This document shows positions 1 through 9,700 of a stretch of DNA of 32,838 bases, one piece after another. The position numbers and the translations under genes were made by a program. The notes beneath the pieces were generated by a model. That model was not told where the DNA came from, searched no databases, and saw only the letters and a program-made list of their open reading frames with translations. Location of the stretch: sequence record DRR378314_1546, one strand, 5' to 3'. Numbering within the stretch: the stretch's first letter is position 1; every line of letters begins with the position of its first letter.

Positions 1-477
1 CTCGATGGTGAGGATGTGCTCGTAGCGGCTTTCGTTGATGTAGTCCATCATCGCCGCCAGGGTGGTGGATTTACCCGAGCCGGTGGGCCCGGTTACCAGC
101 ACGATGCCGCGCGGGAAATCGGATATCTTCTGGAACACCTTGCCCATGCCCAGATCCTCCATGGTCAGCACCTTGGAGGGAATGGTCCGGAACACGGCGC
201 CGGCGCCGCGATTCTGGTTGAAGGCGTTGACCCGGAAACGGGCCACGCCGGGCACGTCGAAGGAGAAGTCGGTCTCCAGGAATTCCTCGTAATCCTTGCG
301 CTGCTTGTCGTTCATGATGTCATAAACGAGCGCGTGCACTTCCTTGTGCTCCATGGCCGGCAAATTGATACGGCGGACGTCGCCGTCCACCCGGATCATC
401 GGGGGCAGGCCGGCGGAAAGGTGCAAATCCGAGGCGCCGTTTTTGGCGCTGAAGGCAAGCAGTTCGGTGATATCCAT
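1..477 (-). CDS. pilT: Type IV pilus retraction ATPase PilT (5' part; runs off window start)
   Basis: Not in ORF track. Manual translation from ATG at 477: MDITELLAFSAKNGASDLHLSAGLPPMIRVDGDVRRINLP...GIVLVTGPTGSGKSTTLAAMMDYINE...HILTIE. Typical PilT N-terminus and Walker A; divergent from yggS as in many gammaproteobacteria. Confidence 0.96.
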   Translation of the reverse strand, partial: MDITELLAFSAKNGASDLHLSAGLPPMIRVDGDVRRINLPAMEHKEVHALVYDIMNDKQRKDYEEFLETDFSFDVPGVARFRVNAFNQNRGAGAVFRTIPSKVLTMEDLGMGKVFQKISDFPRGIVLVTGPTGSGKSTTLAAMMDYINESRYEHILTIE

Positions 478-558
478 GGGTTTCTGTATTCTTCTCAGTA
501 GAATTTCGCAGGACGGTATAGGTCCTTAAACTAACCGCTCGCCGTGAGCCATTCAATC

Positions 559-1254
559 ATGCCCGACACCGATACCCCGCTAACCTCGATTCGCGCACGG
601 ATCGACGCCGCCAGCACCGGCGCCGGCCGGGCCTCGGAAAGCGTCACATTGCTGGCGGTCAGCAAGACCCGCGGCGCCGACGAAATCGCCGCGCTCGCCG
701 ACCAGGGCCAGCACGATTTCGGCGAAAACTACCTCCAGGAAGCGCTCGACAAGATGCCCGCCCTGGCGGACCGGGGGCTGGTGTGGCATTTCATCGGCCC
801 GATCCAGTCCAACAAGACCCGCGACATCGCCGCCCATTTCGACTGGGTGCACACCGTGGACCGGGCCAAGGTGGCCCGCCGGCTCAACGAGCAGCGCCCG
901 GACCACCTGCCGCCGCTGAACGTCTGTATTCAGGTCAATGTGGACGACGAGGCCAGCAAAAGCGGGGTCGCGCTGGATCAGGTCGCGGCGCTGGCCGCCG
1001 CCTTCGCCGACTGGCCGCGCCTGCGTCTGCGCGGGCTGATGGCGATTCCCCGAGCCGACAGCGACGACGGCAACCGCGCCGCTTTCCAAGCCCTCGCCAT
1101 GACACTGTCACAATTGCGCAATACAATGCCGGCCCTCGACACCCTCTCCATGGGTATGAGCGCGGACTACACGGTGGCCATCGAAGAAGGCGCCACCCTG
1201 GTGCGGCTGGGCACCGCCCTGTTCGGCCCGCGTCCGCCCAAGGACACTCGCTGA
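559..1254 (+). CDS. yggS: PLP homeostasis protein YggS/PROSC
   Basis: LLAVSKT, FGENYLQEA, WHFIGPIQSNK, LSMGMSAD, VRLGTALFG motifs. ATG at 559 chosen; GTG at 544 is an alternative start. Confidence 0.95.
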   Translation: MPDTDTPLTSIRARIDAASTGAGRASESVTLLAVSKTRGADEIAALADQGQHDFGENYLQEALDKMPALADRGLVWHFIGPIQSNKTRDIAAHFDWVHTVDRAKVARRLNEQRPDHLPPLNVCIQVNVDDEASKSGVALDQVAALAAAFADWPRLRLRGLMAIPRADSDDGNRAAFQALAMTLSQLRNTMPALDTLSMGMSADYTVAIEEGATLVRLGTALFGPRPPKDTR

Positions 1255-1270
1255 AAGGACGACGCAGCTT

Positions 1271-2080
1271 ATGGCACAACAACTGATCGGGTTCATCGGC
1301 GCCGGTAACATGGCGAACAGTCTGGCGGGCGGCATGATCGCCAAGGGCATCCGCCCGGCCCGCATCTGGATGAGCGACCCCTCCCAGGACCGCCTCGACG
1401 AAGTCGCCCAGCTGCACCGCGTTCATGTCAGCCGCGACAACCTGGACGTGGCCCGCCGCGTGGACGTGCTGGTGCTGGCGGTGAAGCCCCAGGTGATGGG
1501 CGACGCCTGCGCCGCCCTGCGCGAGATCATCGAGGAACGCCAGCCGCTGATCATCTCGATCGCTGCCGGCGTCACCGTGGACAATCTGCGCAACTGGCTC
1601 GGCGAGGCGCCCATCGTGCGCTGCATGCCGAACACCCCGTCGCTGGTCCAGGCCGGCGCCACCGGCCTGTACGCCGCCCCGGACGTGAGCGCCGAGCAGA
1701 AAGAGATGGCCGGGCAGATTCTCAGCGCCGTGGGCCTGACCTTCTGGTTCGAGACCGAAGGCGAGCTGGACGCGGTCACCGCCGTGTCCGGCTCCGGCCC
1801 GGCCTACTTCTTCCTGCTCATGGAAGCGCTGATCGACGCCGCCCGGGCCCAGGGGCTGTCCGCCACCACCGCCCGGCAGCTGGTGCTGCAGACCGCCTGG
1901 GGCGCCTCCCAACTGGCGATCACCAGCGAAGACGGCCCGGACGTGCTGCGCCAGCGGGTCACCAGCCCTGGCGGCACCACCGCCGCCGCCCTGCAGGTGT
2001 TCGAAGAAGCCGGTCTGCGCGAGCAGGTGCAGGCCGCCGTGGCCGCCGCCCGCGAGCGCTCCGAGCAGCTTTCCGGCTAA
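1271..2080 (+). CDS. proC: Pyrroline-5-carboxylate reductase
   Basis: GFIGAGNMA Rossmann motif, LAVKPQ, RCMPNTP, SGSGPAY, VTSPGGTT. Confidence 0.96.
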   Translation: MAQQLIGFIGAGNMANSLAGGMIAKGIRPARIWMSDPSQDRLDEVAQLHRVHVSRDNLDVARRVDVLVLAVKPQVMGDACAALREIIEERQPLIISIAAGVTVDNLRNWLGEAPIVRCMPNTPSLVQAGATGLYAAPDVSAEQKEMAGQILSAVGLTFWFETEGELDAVTAVSGSGPAYFFLLMEALIDAARAQGLSATTARQLVLQTAWGASQLAITSEDGPDVLRQRVTSPGGTTAAALQVFEEAGLREQVQAAVAAARERSEQLSG

Positions 2081-2088
2081 CGCCCAAC

Positions 2089-2111
2089 GGTCGGGCGGAC
2101 TCCGCCCGACC
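2089..2111. repeat. Perfect GC-rich inverted repeat (REP-like or mRNA-stabilising hairpin)
   Basis: GGTCGGGCGG-ACT-CCGCCCGACC between proC and yggT; no U-tract follows on either strand. Confidence 0.55.
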
Positions 2112-2176
2112 AAAAATTTGAAACCGGCCGCCTTTACCCCAATACTCTGTCGCCACACGAACAGTCTGGAGTCGTC

Positions 2177-2725
2177 ATGAATCCTCAGGGCGCCGCGGTC
2201 TTCCTGATTGATTTCGCATTCAGCGTATACATCTTCATCGTTCTGACCCGCTTCGTGCTCCAGTTGGCGCGCGCGGACTTCTACAACCCCATTTCGCAAT
2301 TCGTGCTGCGCGCCACCAACCCGTTGCTGGCACCGCTGCGCCGCCTCATCCCCGGCTACCGGGGCCTGGATATCGCCTCGCTGGTGCTGATCCTGATTCT
2401 GATCGTTGCCAAGGCGCTGATGCTGCTGACCATCCAGACCGGCGGCCTGCCGGCGGGTATCGGGCCGCAACTGCTCGTCTACACGCTCAGGGAACTGGCG
2501 TCGCTGATACTGGATTACGTGTTCTGGGCGGTGCTGGTCCGGGTGATCCTGAGCTGGGTGGCGCCGGACCCCTCCAACCCGGTGGTGCGGGTGGTGATCC
2601 AGATCACCGAGCCGCTGATGGCGCCGGTGCGCCGCCTGCTGCCGGACATGGGCGGGCTCGACCTGAGCCCGCTGATCGTGCTGCTCGGCGTGCAGCTGCT
2701 GAAGATTCTGTTCCAGCTGCACTGA
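2177..2725 (+). CDS. yggT: YggT family membrane protein
   Basis: Two YGGT repeats (RADFYNPISQFVLRATNPLLAPLRRLIP; ILSWV..NP..ITEPLMAPVRRLLP.MGGLDLSP); position after proC. Confidence 0.93.
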   Translation: MNPQGAAVFLIDFAFSVYIFIVLTRFVLQLARADFYNPISQFVLRATNPLLAPLRRLIPGYRGLDIASLVLILILIVAKALMLLTIQTGGLPAGIGPQLLVYTLRELASLILDYVFWAVLVRVILSWVAPDPSNPVVRVVIQITEPLMAPVRRLLPDMGGLDLSPLIVLLGVQLLKILFQLH

Positions 2726-2734
2726 CCGGACTCG

Positions 2735-2757
2735 CCGGCGCCCTCCCCGGGCGCCGG
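2735..2757. terminator. Hairpin between convergent yggT and SDR genes, possible terminator
   Basis: CCGGCGCCC-TCCCC-GGGCGCCGG; the U-tract is weak. Confidence 0.4.
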
Positions 2758-2758
2758 T

Positions 2759-3562
2759 TCAGCCGGCGATCATGGCGCTGGCGCCACCGTCCACCACCAG
2801 GAACTGGCCGGTGATGTGCTTGCCGGCGTCGGACGCGAACAGCAGCACCGTGCCTTTCAGATCCTCCTCGTCGCCGACCCGGTTGAGCGGCACCCGCGCG
2901 GCCAGCGCCTCGACGCCGTGCCGATCGGTGAGATAGCGCGACATCTTGCTGGGAAACACGCCCGGGCCGATGGCGTTGACGGTGATGTTGTAGGCGCCCC
3001 ATTCCGCCGCCAGCGCGCGGGTGAAGGTCACCACCGCGCCCTTGCTGGTGTTGTAGCCCACCGCCTGCATGAAGTCCCGGTTGCCGCCCAGGGCCGCGTT
3101 GGACGCCACGTTCACCACCCGGCCGCCGCCGTTGGGGATCATGCTGCGCCGGCCGATTTCCCGCGTCAGCAGGAACAGATTGCGCACGTTCAGCGTCATC
3201 ACCTTGTCCCAGCCTTCCAGCGGATAATCCTCGGCGGGCGCTCCCCAGGAGGCGCCGGCGTTGTTGACCAGAACGTCCACCCGGCCCAGCACCTCCAGTG
3301 CCCGGTCCGCCAGGCCCATCACCGCGTCCTCGTCGGACAGGTCCACCGCCAGAGGGGTCACGTCGATACCGGCGGCGCGCAGTTGTTCGGCGGCTTCTTC
3401 GAGCTCATTCGCCTTGCGTGAGCTGATCACCAGCCGCGCCCCGGCTTCGCCCAGGGCCTGGGCCATCTGCAGCCCCAGCCCCCGGGACCCGCCGGTAACC
3501 AGGGCGGTACGGCCGCTCAGATCCATCAGTTGCTGCACGCTACGGGTTTGCGGTTCGCTCAT
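2759..3562 (-). CDS. SDR family oxidoreductase (gluconate 5-dehydrogenase/DHRS4-like)
   Basis: TGGSRGLG, NNAG, YNTSK catalytic motif, VNAIGPG. Start MSEPQ at 3562 with a GAGGAG RBS upstream. Confidence 0.9.
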   Translation of the reverse strand: MSEPQTRSVQQLMDLSGRTALVTGGSRGLGLQMAQALGEAGARLVISSRKANELEEAAEQLRAAGIDVTPLAVDLSDEDAVMGLADRALEVLGRVDVLVNNAGASWGAPAEDYPLEGWDKVMTLNVRNLFLLTREIGRRSMIPNGGGRVVNVASNAALGGNRDFMQAVGYNTSKGAVVTFTRALAAEWGAYNITVNAIGPGVFPSKMSRYLTDRHGVEALAARVPLNRVGDEEDLKGTVLLFASDAGKHITGQFLVVDGGASAMIAG

Positions 3563-3732
3563 TGTCGGGCTCCTCGTTATAGGGTTTGCGACCATCATTC
3601 GGGGCCGGGCCGGTACCCGCAACCACCGTTTGCGACGAAAAGCCGGCGGCTTCGGACACCGGGGTTGCGCGGCGCCGGGCTTTGCCCTTTGATGCGCGTT
3701 TGATCCGTGAAACGCAGTCGTGGAGCCCTCGA

Positions 3733-4608
3733 GTGAAAACACAGCCCTGGCAGTTGGAGACCGGCGCCTACCCGTTCTCGATCCGATTCAACCCGCATTA
3801 CAGCCACCTGGACACCGAACGGCACGTAAACAACGTGGCGGTGCAGAGCTTTCACACCGAAGCGCGCACCCGCTTCCACATGGCGGTGCTCGGAGACCGG
3901 GCCTGGTATTCCGACGACGTGCTGCTGCGCCCGCGCCGCACCGTGACCCACTTTCTGCGCGAGACCCACTACCCCCACGAAGTCACCGCCGCCGTGCGCC
4001 TGGTGGCGGTGGAGGACGACAGCTACCGTCTGGTGCAGGCGCTGTTCCAGAGCGGCGAATGCGTGGGCGTGCAGGAGTGCCTGATGGGCGCCTGGGGGGA
4101 AGCCGGCTGGGTGGCGCTGCCGGAGGCGGCGCGCCGGGCCCTGGCCGCTGAGCAGGTGGACGGCCAGCCGCTACTGCCCTGGCCGGAGCTGCCGGAAGAG
4201 ACCGAAACCTTCGAGCCGGGGCCGCGCCAGGTGGCCCTGACCGCCCGCTACGCGGACCTGGACCCGGACCGGCGGCTCTCCGAGCTGGCCCAGGCGCGTT
4301 ACCTGGAGCAGGCCCGGGCCGGCTCGGTGACCATGCTGCGCCAGCCGAACCTGGGGCTGCTGGTGGCGCGCATCGACATCCGCTACCAGCGCTGGGACAC
4401 CGGCATGGGCGAAGTGGCGTTGAGCTCCGAGCTGGCCGGCATCGGCAACAGCTCCTTCGTGCTGCGCGGGCGCGCCGCTGTGGACGGCCGGCCGGTGGCC
4501 ATGGCGGAAAGCGTGATGGTGCTGATCGACCGCGACACCCACCGGCCCACCCCGGTGCCCGACGCGCTGCGCGCCGAGATGGCGGTGCTGCAGCCGCCTA
4601 CAGCGTGA
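3733..4608 (+). CDS. Double-hotdog acyl-CoA thioesterase (4HBT/FadM-like tandem domains)
   Basis: Domain 1 YSHLDTERHVNN; domain 2 RYADLD...YLEQAR...GIGNSSF...VMVLIDRDTHRPTPVPDALR. GTG start at 3733 follows GGAG. Confidence 0.8.
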   Translation: MKTQPWQLETGAYPFSIRFNPHYSHLDTERHVNNVAVQSFHTEARTRFHMAVLGDRAWYSDDVLLRPRRTVTHFLRETHYPHEVTAAVRLVAVEDDSYRLVQALFQSGECVGVQECLMGAWGEAGWVALPEAARRALAAEQVDGQPLLPWPELPEETETFEPGPRQVALTARYADLDPDRRLSELAQARYLEQARAGSVTMLRQPNLGLLVARIDIRYQRWDTGMGEVALSSELAGIGNSSFVLRGRAAVDGRPVAMAESVMVLIDRDTHRPTPVPDALRAEMAVLQPPTA

Positions 4609-5518
4609 TCTGTTTGCCGCGCGCTTCCTGACTCTCGATCCAGGTGAGAATGCGGCCACCCAGCGGCCGCTCGGTGGCCTCGGCGGCCAGCGCCACCGCC
4701 TCACGCAGCGCCTGGATCTCGATGCCGGTATCCAGGCCGCAGCTTTCCAGCAGGTAGACCAGATCCTCGGTGGCCACATTGCCGGTGGCGCCCGGCGCGA
4801 ACGGGCAGCCGCCCAGGCCGCCCAGCGACGCATCGAAGCGGCGCACGCCCAGATCCAGGGCGGCCCAGGCCATGGCCGCCGCCAGGCCACGGGTGTCGTG
4901 CAGGTGCACGTAGAACCGCTCCGCCCCGAAGTCGCGAATCAGCGGCGCCATGATGTCCTTCATCTGCTGTGGGTTGCCGGCGCCGATGGTGTCGGCGATG
5001 GCTACCTCGTCGCTGCCGGCCTGGAACATGCGTTCGGTGAGACGCTGTGGCAGCGTCACCGGCACCGGCCCGTCGTAGGGGCAGGCGAAGGCGCCGGAAA
5101 TATAGGTGCGGGTGGCCACGCCGTCGGCGCGGGCGGCCTGGATGATCGCCTCGCAACTGGCCGTCGCCTGCTCCAGGCTCATGTTCAGGTTGCGCTGGTT
5201 GAAGGTGTCGGTGGTGGACAGCACCAGCGCCACGGTGGGGTAGCCGGCGTCGCGGGCCAGCTGGTAGCCCTTCAGGTTGGGCACCAGGGCGGTGTAGTGC
5301 AGGCCCTCGTCCCGGGGCAGCAGCGGCGTCAGCGCCGCCGCGTCGGCCATCTGCGGAATCGCCTTGGGGCTGACGAAGCTGACCGGCTCCAGGTAGCGCA
5401 CACCGGCGCCCACCAGTGCCCGTGCGATGGCCGCCTTGGCCTCGGTGCCCACCGTCACCGGTTGATTCTGCAGGCCGTCGCGCAGCCCCACTTCATTAAC
5501 GATCGCCCTGTCTTTCAT
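4598..5518 (-). CDS. Hydroxymethylglutaryl-CoA lyase family protein
   Basis: EVGLRDGLQN, SFVSPKAIPQMAD, IADTIG, HLHDTRG, GGLGGCPFAPGATGNVATEDL. Start MKDRA at 5518; 11-bp convergent overlap with the thioesterase. Confidence 0.92.
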   Translation of the reverse strand: MKDRAIVNEVGLRDGLQNQPVTVGTEAKAAIARALVGAGVRYLEPVSFVSPKAIPQMADAAALTPLLPRDEGLHYTALVPNLKGYQLARDAGYPTVALVLSTTDTFNQRNLNMSLEQATASCEAIIQAARADGVATRTYISGAFACPYDGPVPVTLPQRLTERMFQAGSDEVAIADTIGAGNPQQMKDIMAPLIRDFGAERFYVHLHDTRGLAAAMAWAALDLGVRRFDASLGGLGGCPFAPGATGNVATEDLVYLLESCGLDTGIEIQALREAVALAAEATERPLGGRILTWIESQEARGKQITL

Positions 5519-5719
5519 GCCTTGCCCGTCGTGAAGAGTTAAGGAACGGAAGTGTGCCACGGCGGCGGGTCCGCTGCATCCGGGGCGCGCCGCCGCCGGG
5601 AAGTCAATGGCCGGGCTGGTCCGACAATCGGGCAGGGTGCGTTGTGTCCAGGATGGCCGCTGGTTAGTGTCAGAGCGTTTTCCATACCGGCACGACCCCG
5701 GGGACCAGGGAGCACGACG

Positions 5720-6565
5720 ATGATTTGGATTCTTTCGCTGATTCTGGTGGTGGTGATACTGATCCCCACCTATGTAACGCTGGCGTTCTATCTGGTCTGG
5801 CATTACGACCGGCGTAACTTCCAGGCGCCCCCGGCGGAGGGCGAGCGCGACCCGTTGCGCGGTAGCGCGGTGGCCCGGGCGATTCTGGTGGAAGCGGCCA
5901 GCCTCACCTTCCTCAGCGGCACCTATCCATTGCGTCTGCTCCACGACGCCTCGCCCAAGCGGGCGCGCGCCTGCGATCACCGCCCGGTGATCCTGGTGCA
6001 CGGCTACGGCGGCAACAGCGCCAACTTTCTGTGGATGCAGTGGCGGCTGCGGCGCCAGGGCTTCCGCAACGTCTACGCGGTGAGCTACACGCCGCCGCAC
6101 ATCAACGCCCGCAAGCTCGCCGCCCAGGTCGCCCGCCACGTGGAAAATGTGCTGGCGCGCACCGGCGCCGAGCAAGTGGACCTGGTGTGCCACTCCATGG
6201 GCGGACCGCTGACCCGCTATGCCCTGAAGAACCTGGGCCTGGCCGGCAAGGTGAACAAGGTGATCACTCTGGGCAGCCCCCACTACGGCACCCGCATTTC
6301 CTCGCTGTTCCCGGCCCGGGGCGCGGCCGCGCAGATGCGTTACCGCAGCCCCTTCCTCGAGGAACTGGCGGAAGGCGGCCAGTGCCCGGGCGAGGCACGC
6401 TTCTATTGCCTCTACTCAGAGCTGGACAACTTCGTGATGCCCGCCTCCACCGCCACCCTGGCGGACGCGGAGGAGAACCTGCACCTGCCCTACCTGGGCC
6501 ATTGCGCTTTGCTCTACAGCCCGCGGGTGGCGCGGGCCGTGTGCGAGCGCCTGAAGGCGGATTAA
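5720..6565 (+). CDS. Membrane-anchored alpha/beta-fold lipase/esterase
   Basis: N-terminal hydrophobic helix, PVILVHGY oxyanion region, CHSMGG nucleophile elbow, TLGSPHYGT, SELDNFV (Asp), LGHCALL (His). Start after AGGGAG. Confidence 0.85.
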   Translation: MIWILSLILVVVILIPTYVTLAFYLVWHYDRRNFQAPPAEGERDPLRGSAVARAILVEAASLTFLSGTYPLRLLHDASPKRARACDHRPVILVHGYGGNSANFLWMQWRLRRQGFRNVYAVSYTPPHINARKLAAQVARHVENVLARTGAEQVDLVCHSMGGPLTRYALKNLGLAGKVNKVITLGSPHYGTRISSLFPARGAAAQMRYRSPFLEELAEGGQCPGEARFYCLYSELDNFVMPASTATLADAEENLHLPYLGHCALLYSPRVARAVCERLKAD

Positions 6566-6607
6566 GGGGCATCACCGGGCGGAGAATGTGAAATCGAGCA
6601 CGGCGCG

Positions 6608-6667
6608 TTGACTTTTACTGGCCAATGATTGGTACGATAGTACAATATAGTACAGACGTACCATTCA
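6608..6667 (+). promoter_or_regulatory. Putative sigma70 promoter overlapped by a long symmetric operator-like element
   Basis: TTGACT (6608-6613) and TGg-TACGAT (6630-6638); dyad TGATTGGTACG...CGTACCATTCA with four symmetric GTAC cores. Confidence 0.5.
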
Positions 6668-6729
6668 GGCTCAGTAAAACAATAACGCGCCGGTCGCCCC
6701 AGCGGCCCGGCCCATGGAGAAGGACGCCC

Positions 6730-9700
6730 ATGCGCTCGATTCGATTCGCCCCGCTTTTCCCGCTGATGATGCTCTGCCTGGCCGGGCTGACCGCCTGCGG
6801 CGGTGCCGAAGAAGGGCCCACCAACCACCTCGGCGCGGCCCCGGCGGAAGTCTTTTACAGCTACCCCCATGACGGCCAGCGCCGGGTGTCCCCGGCCAGC
6901 CCGGTGGTGCTGCGGTTTTCTCATCCGCTTACCGGCGGCGCCGATGGCGTGCGGCTCAGCGACGCCGACGGCAACAGCGTGGCCCTGGCCGCCCCGGAGC
7001 CGGTGGACGGCGGGCTGGGCCTGCTGGTGCGCCCGGCGCAGGGCGACCTGCGCCCGGGCACCCGCTACCGGCTGACGCTGGACGGCCTGGAGACCGAGGC
7101 CGGCCCGCTGGCCTTCCCCGACGGCGCGCTCACCTTCGAAACCCGCTTGGCCTCGGGCGGCGCCAATGGGCAGCGGGGCTTTGATACCGTGCTGCGGCTG
7201 CGCGAGGTGCTGCCGGACGGCGACGACCTGCCGTTCATGGACTTCTCCACCCTGCGTTTGCGCTTCAACCAGATGCTGGACACGGACACCCTGACCTACG
7301 GGGAATCCATCTCGCTGACCCGGGACGGCGAGCTGGTGCCGGCGATCATGCTCGCCAAAGGCGACGCCGTCACCCTGGACCCGCGACAGGACCTGCGGCC
7401 CGGAGAGCGCTACACCCTTACCCTGGGGCCGTCGATCCGTGGCTTCCAGGGCGCCGCCCTGGCCGGCGGCGGGCTGCAGCGCAGCTGGGTGGCGCGGGAT
7501 TCCCGGCCGCGCACGGTGATGGTCCAGGAGACGCCGCCGGCGTCCGGCCGTGGCGACGACCCCTGCGCCGACCCGGATGGCCGCCGCTCCAGGCTCACCG
7601 GCCAGGCGATGAACTGCGTGCCCATTGAGGCGGTGCTGCTGGGCGACGGCGACGCCACCCAGCAGAGCGGCAATGTGTTCACCGAACTGGCGTTCCTGCC
7701 GCACTACCCGGACGTGTCGCCGCTGCGCATCCCGCGCGGCAGCCTGCTCACCGGCAGCAACGTTAAAGTGAAGGTGGCCGGCGCGGTGCCGGCGGGCATC
7801 GAAACCGGCGACATCGCCGTGACGTTTTTGTCCGACGCCAGCGGCTACCTGCTGCCCAACCCGTTCAGCCGGCGCCCGGAGGCGCCGCGCCAGGTGCGTC
7901 TGTTCATGGACGTGGCGATGACGGCGGAAAACCCGGAAGCCAACGGCGCGCTCAGCCAGACCCTGCTGCAGGTGGAGCTGGTGGGTGTCGCCAAGGTGGA
8001 GGGCCAGCGCCTGGTGATCGACGCCCTGGGCGTGGTCGAGCCGGAAGTGCTCGGCCAGGAAACCGCCTTCGGCCTGCTCAGCCTGCACACCGAATCCTAC
8101 CCGGACCAGAACAACGCCCCGGCGCCGATACCGGACACCCGCGCGCCCTTCCTGCAATCCACCATGCCGATGGCGGAGGACGGCCTGGCCGCCACGGTGC
8201 AGCCCGGCGACGCCCTGGTGATGAATTTCAGCGAGCCGCTGGACCCGGAGAGCCTGGAGCAGGCGCTGTCGCTCACCCGCGAGGGCGTCGACGAGCCGTT
8301 CGACTGGTCGCTGGACGGCGCCTCGGTGGTGGTGCGCCCGCACCGGCCGCTGCAACCCGGCGACCGCTACACCCTGGCGGTCAGCGACCGCGCCACCGAC
8401 CTGGCCGAGCCCGCCAACCCGGTGCAGCCGGCCAGCCGCACCTTCCGGCTGCCGGCCCTGGTCGGCGACCCGGTGGCGCCGGTGCTGATCACCACCTACC
8501 CCGGCTTCCCCTGCGCCGTGGACAAGGCCAGCTGGCATATCGCCGAAGGCGACCACGGTCGCTGCCGAGGCGGGCGCGACGACGACGACCATCTGCCGGT
8601 GCCCACGTTGCCCGCCGACCGGCCGATCCGGGTCACGGTGTCCCAGGATATCGACCCCGCCTCGGTGCAGCTTGGTGAGACCTGCGGCAGCGGCAGCTTC
8701 CGCGTCGAGAGGGTGGCCGTGGACGGCGACGGCAACCCGGTGGCCATCCCGGACGGCGACAAGCGCAAGTACCAGTGCGACGCGGCCGTGCCCGGCCGTC
8801 TGAATGTCGAGGCCCGCACCCTCACCTTCATTCCCGACCAGCCCTGGGAAGACGGCGCCGCCTACCGCTACACCCTGCAATCGGTGAACCGCGCCTCCGG
8901 GCAGCAACCGGACGACTGTGTCTCCGGCGAAGCGATCTGCTCGCAAGCCGGCAAGCGCCTGCAGACCGCCCTGCTGGAAGGCCCGGAACCGGACTGGGGC
9001 GGCCCGGACCTGGAGATCCATTTCCGCGGCGCGCCGGTCACCGACAGCGTGTTCCAGGCGCTCAACAACCTGCCCACCGCGGACGTCAACGCCAACGGCT
9101 TCTTCGACGACGGCGAACCCGGCTACGGCGACGGCGAGCCGGCGGTCAACACCACCCGCCTGGAAGTGCTCGGCGGCAGCACCCTGACCCAGAATCCGCG
9201 CCTCGCCTGCGACACGCCGGAGCGTTGCGACATCCAGGTGGTCGGCGCGCTCAACTCCGAAGTGATCGGCCCCGGCGAATACGACGACCCGCGCACCGAG
9301 CAGGAGGAACGCCTGCCGGCGGTGCGCGTGGGCCTCTACCCCACGCAGATCCTCGCCTCCTCGGTAACGGTGAAAGCGGACGTGCTGATCGAAGGCGGCA
9401 TCCCCATCGAAAGCCCCACCGGCACCCAGGTCATGCGCATGCGCCACCCCGAGGACGGCGGCCTGATCCCCGGCTGGATCGTCGCCACCGACCAGGGCCC
9501 GGAATTCCGCGCCGACGTCGACCTTTATCTGGATGCGCCCTACCTGGAAGCGCCGCTGGGCGGCCAGCACAACCAGCACAGCTACCCGCTGACCATGGAG
9601 CTCACCGGCCCGGTGACCTTCCTGCCCAACGGGCGCATGGTGATCAACCAGGTGAACGGCAACGTGATTCCGATCTCCGTAGAACTCACCGAGCTGCTCG

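Noticed and set aside
16-501. 161-aa plus-strand ORF
   Set aside because: Antisense shadow of pilT.
935-2722. 595-aa minus-strand ORF, and similar long antisense ORFs (10415-11584, 20767-22224, 27878-28810, 31303-32769)
   Set aside because: All lie opposite well-recognised genes and have no recognisable domains.
5519-6283. N-terminal extension of the 561-aa HMG-CoA lyase ORF, suggesting a fusion
   Set aside because: The extension is antisense to the lipase gene, and family similarity begins at MKDRA (5518). The long starts at 3586, 3742, 5552, 6625 and 27635 were trimmed for the same reason.
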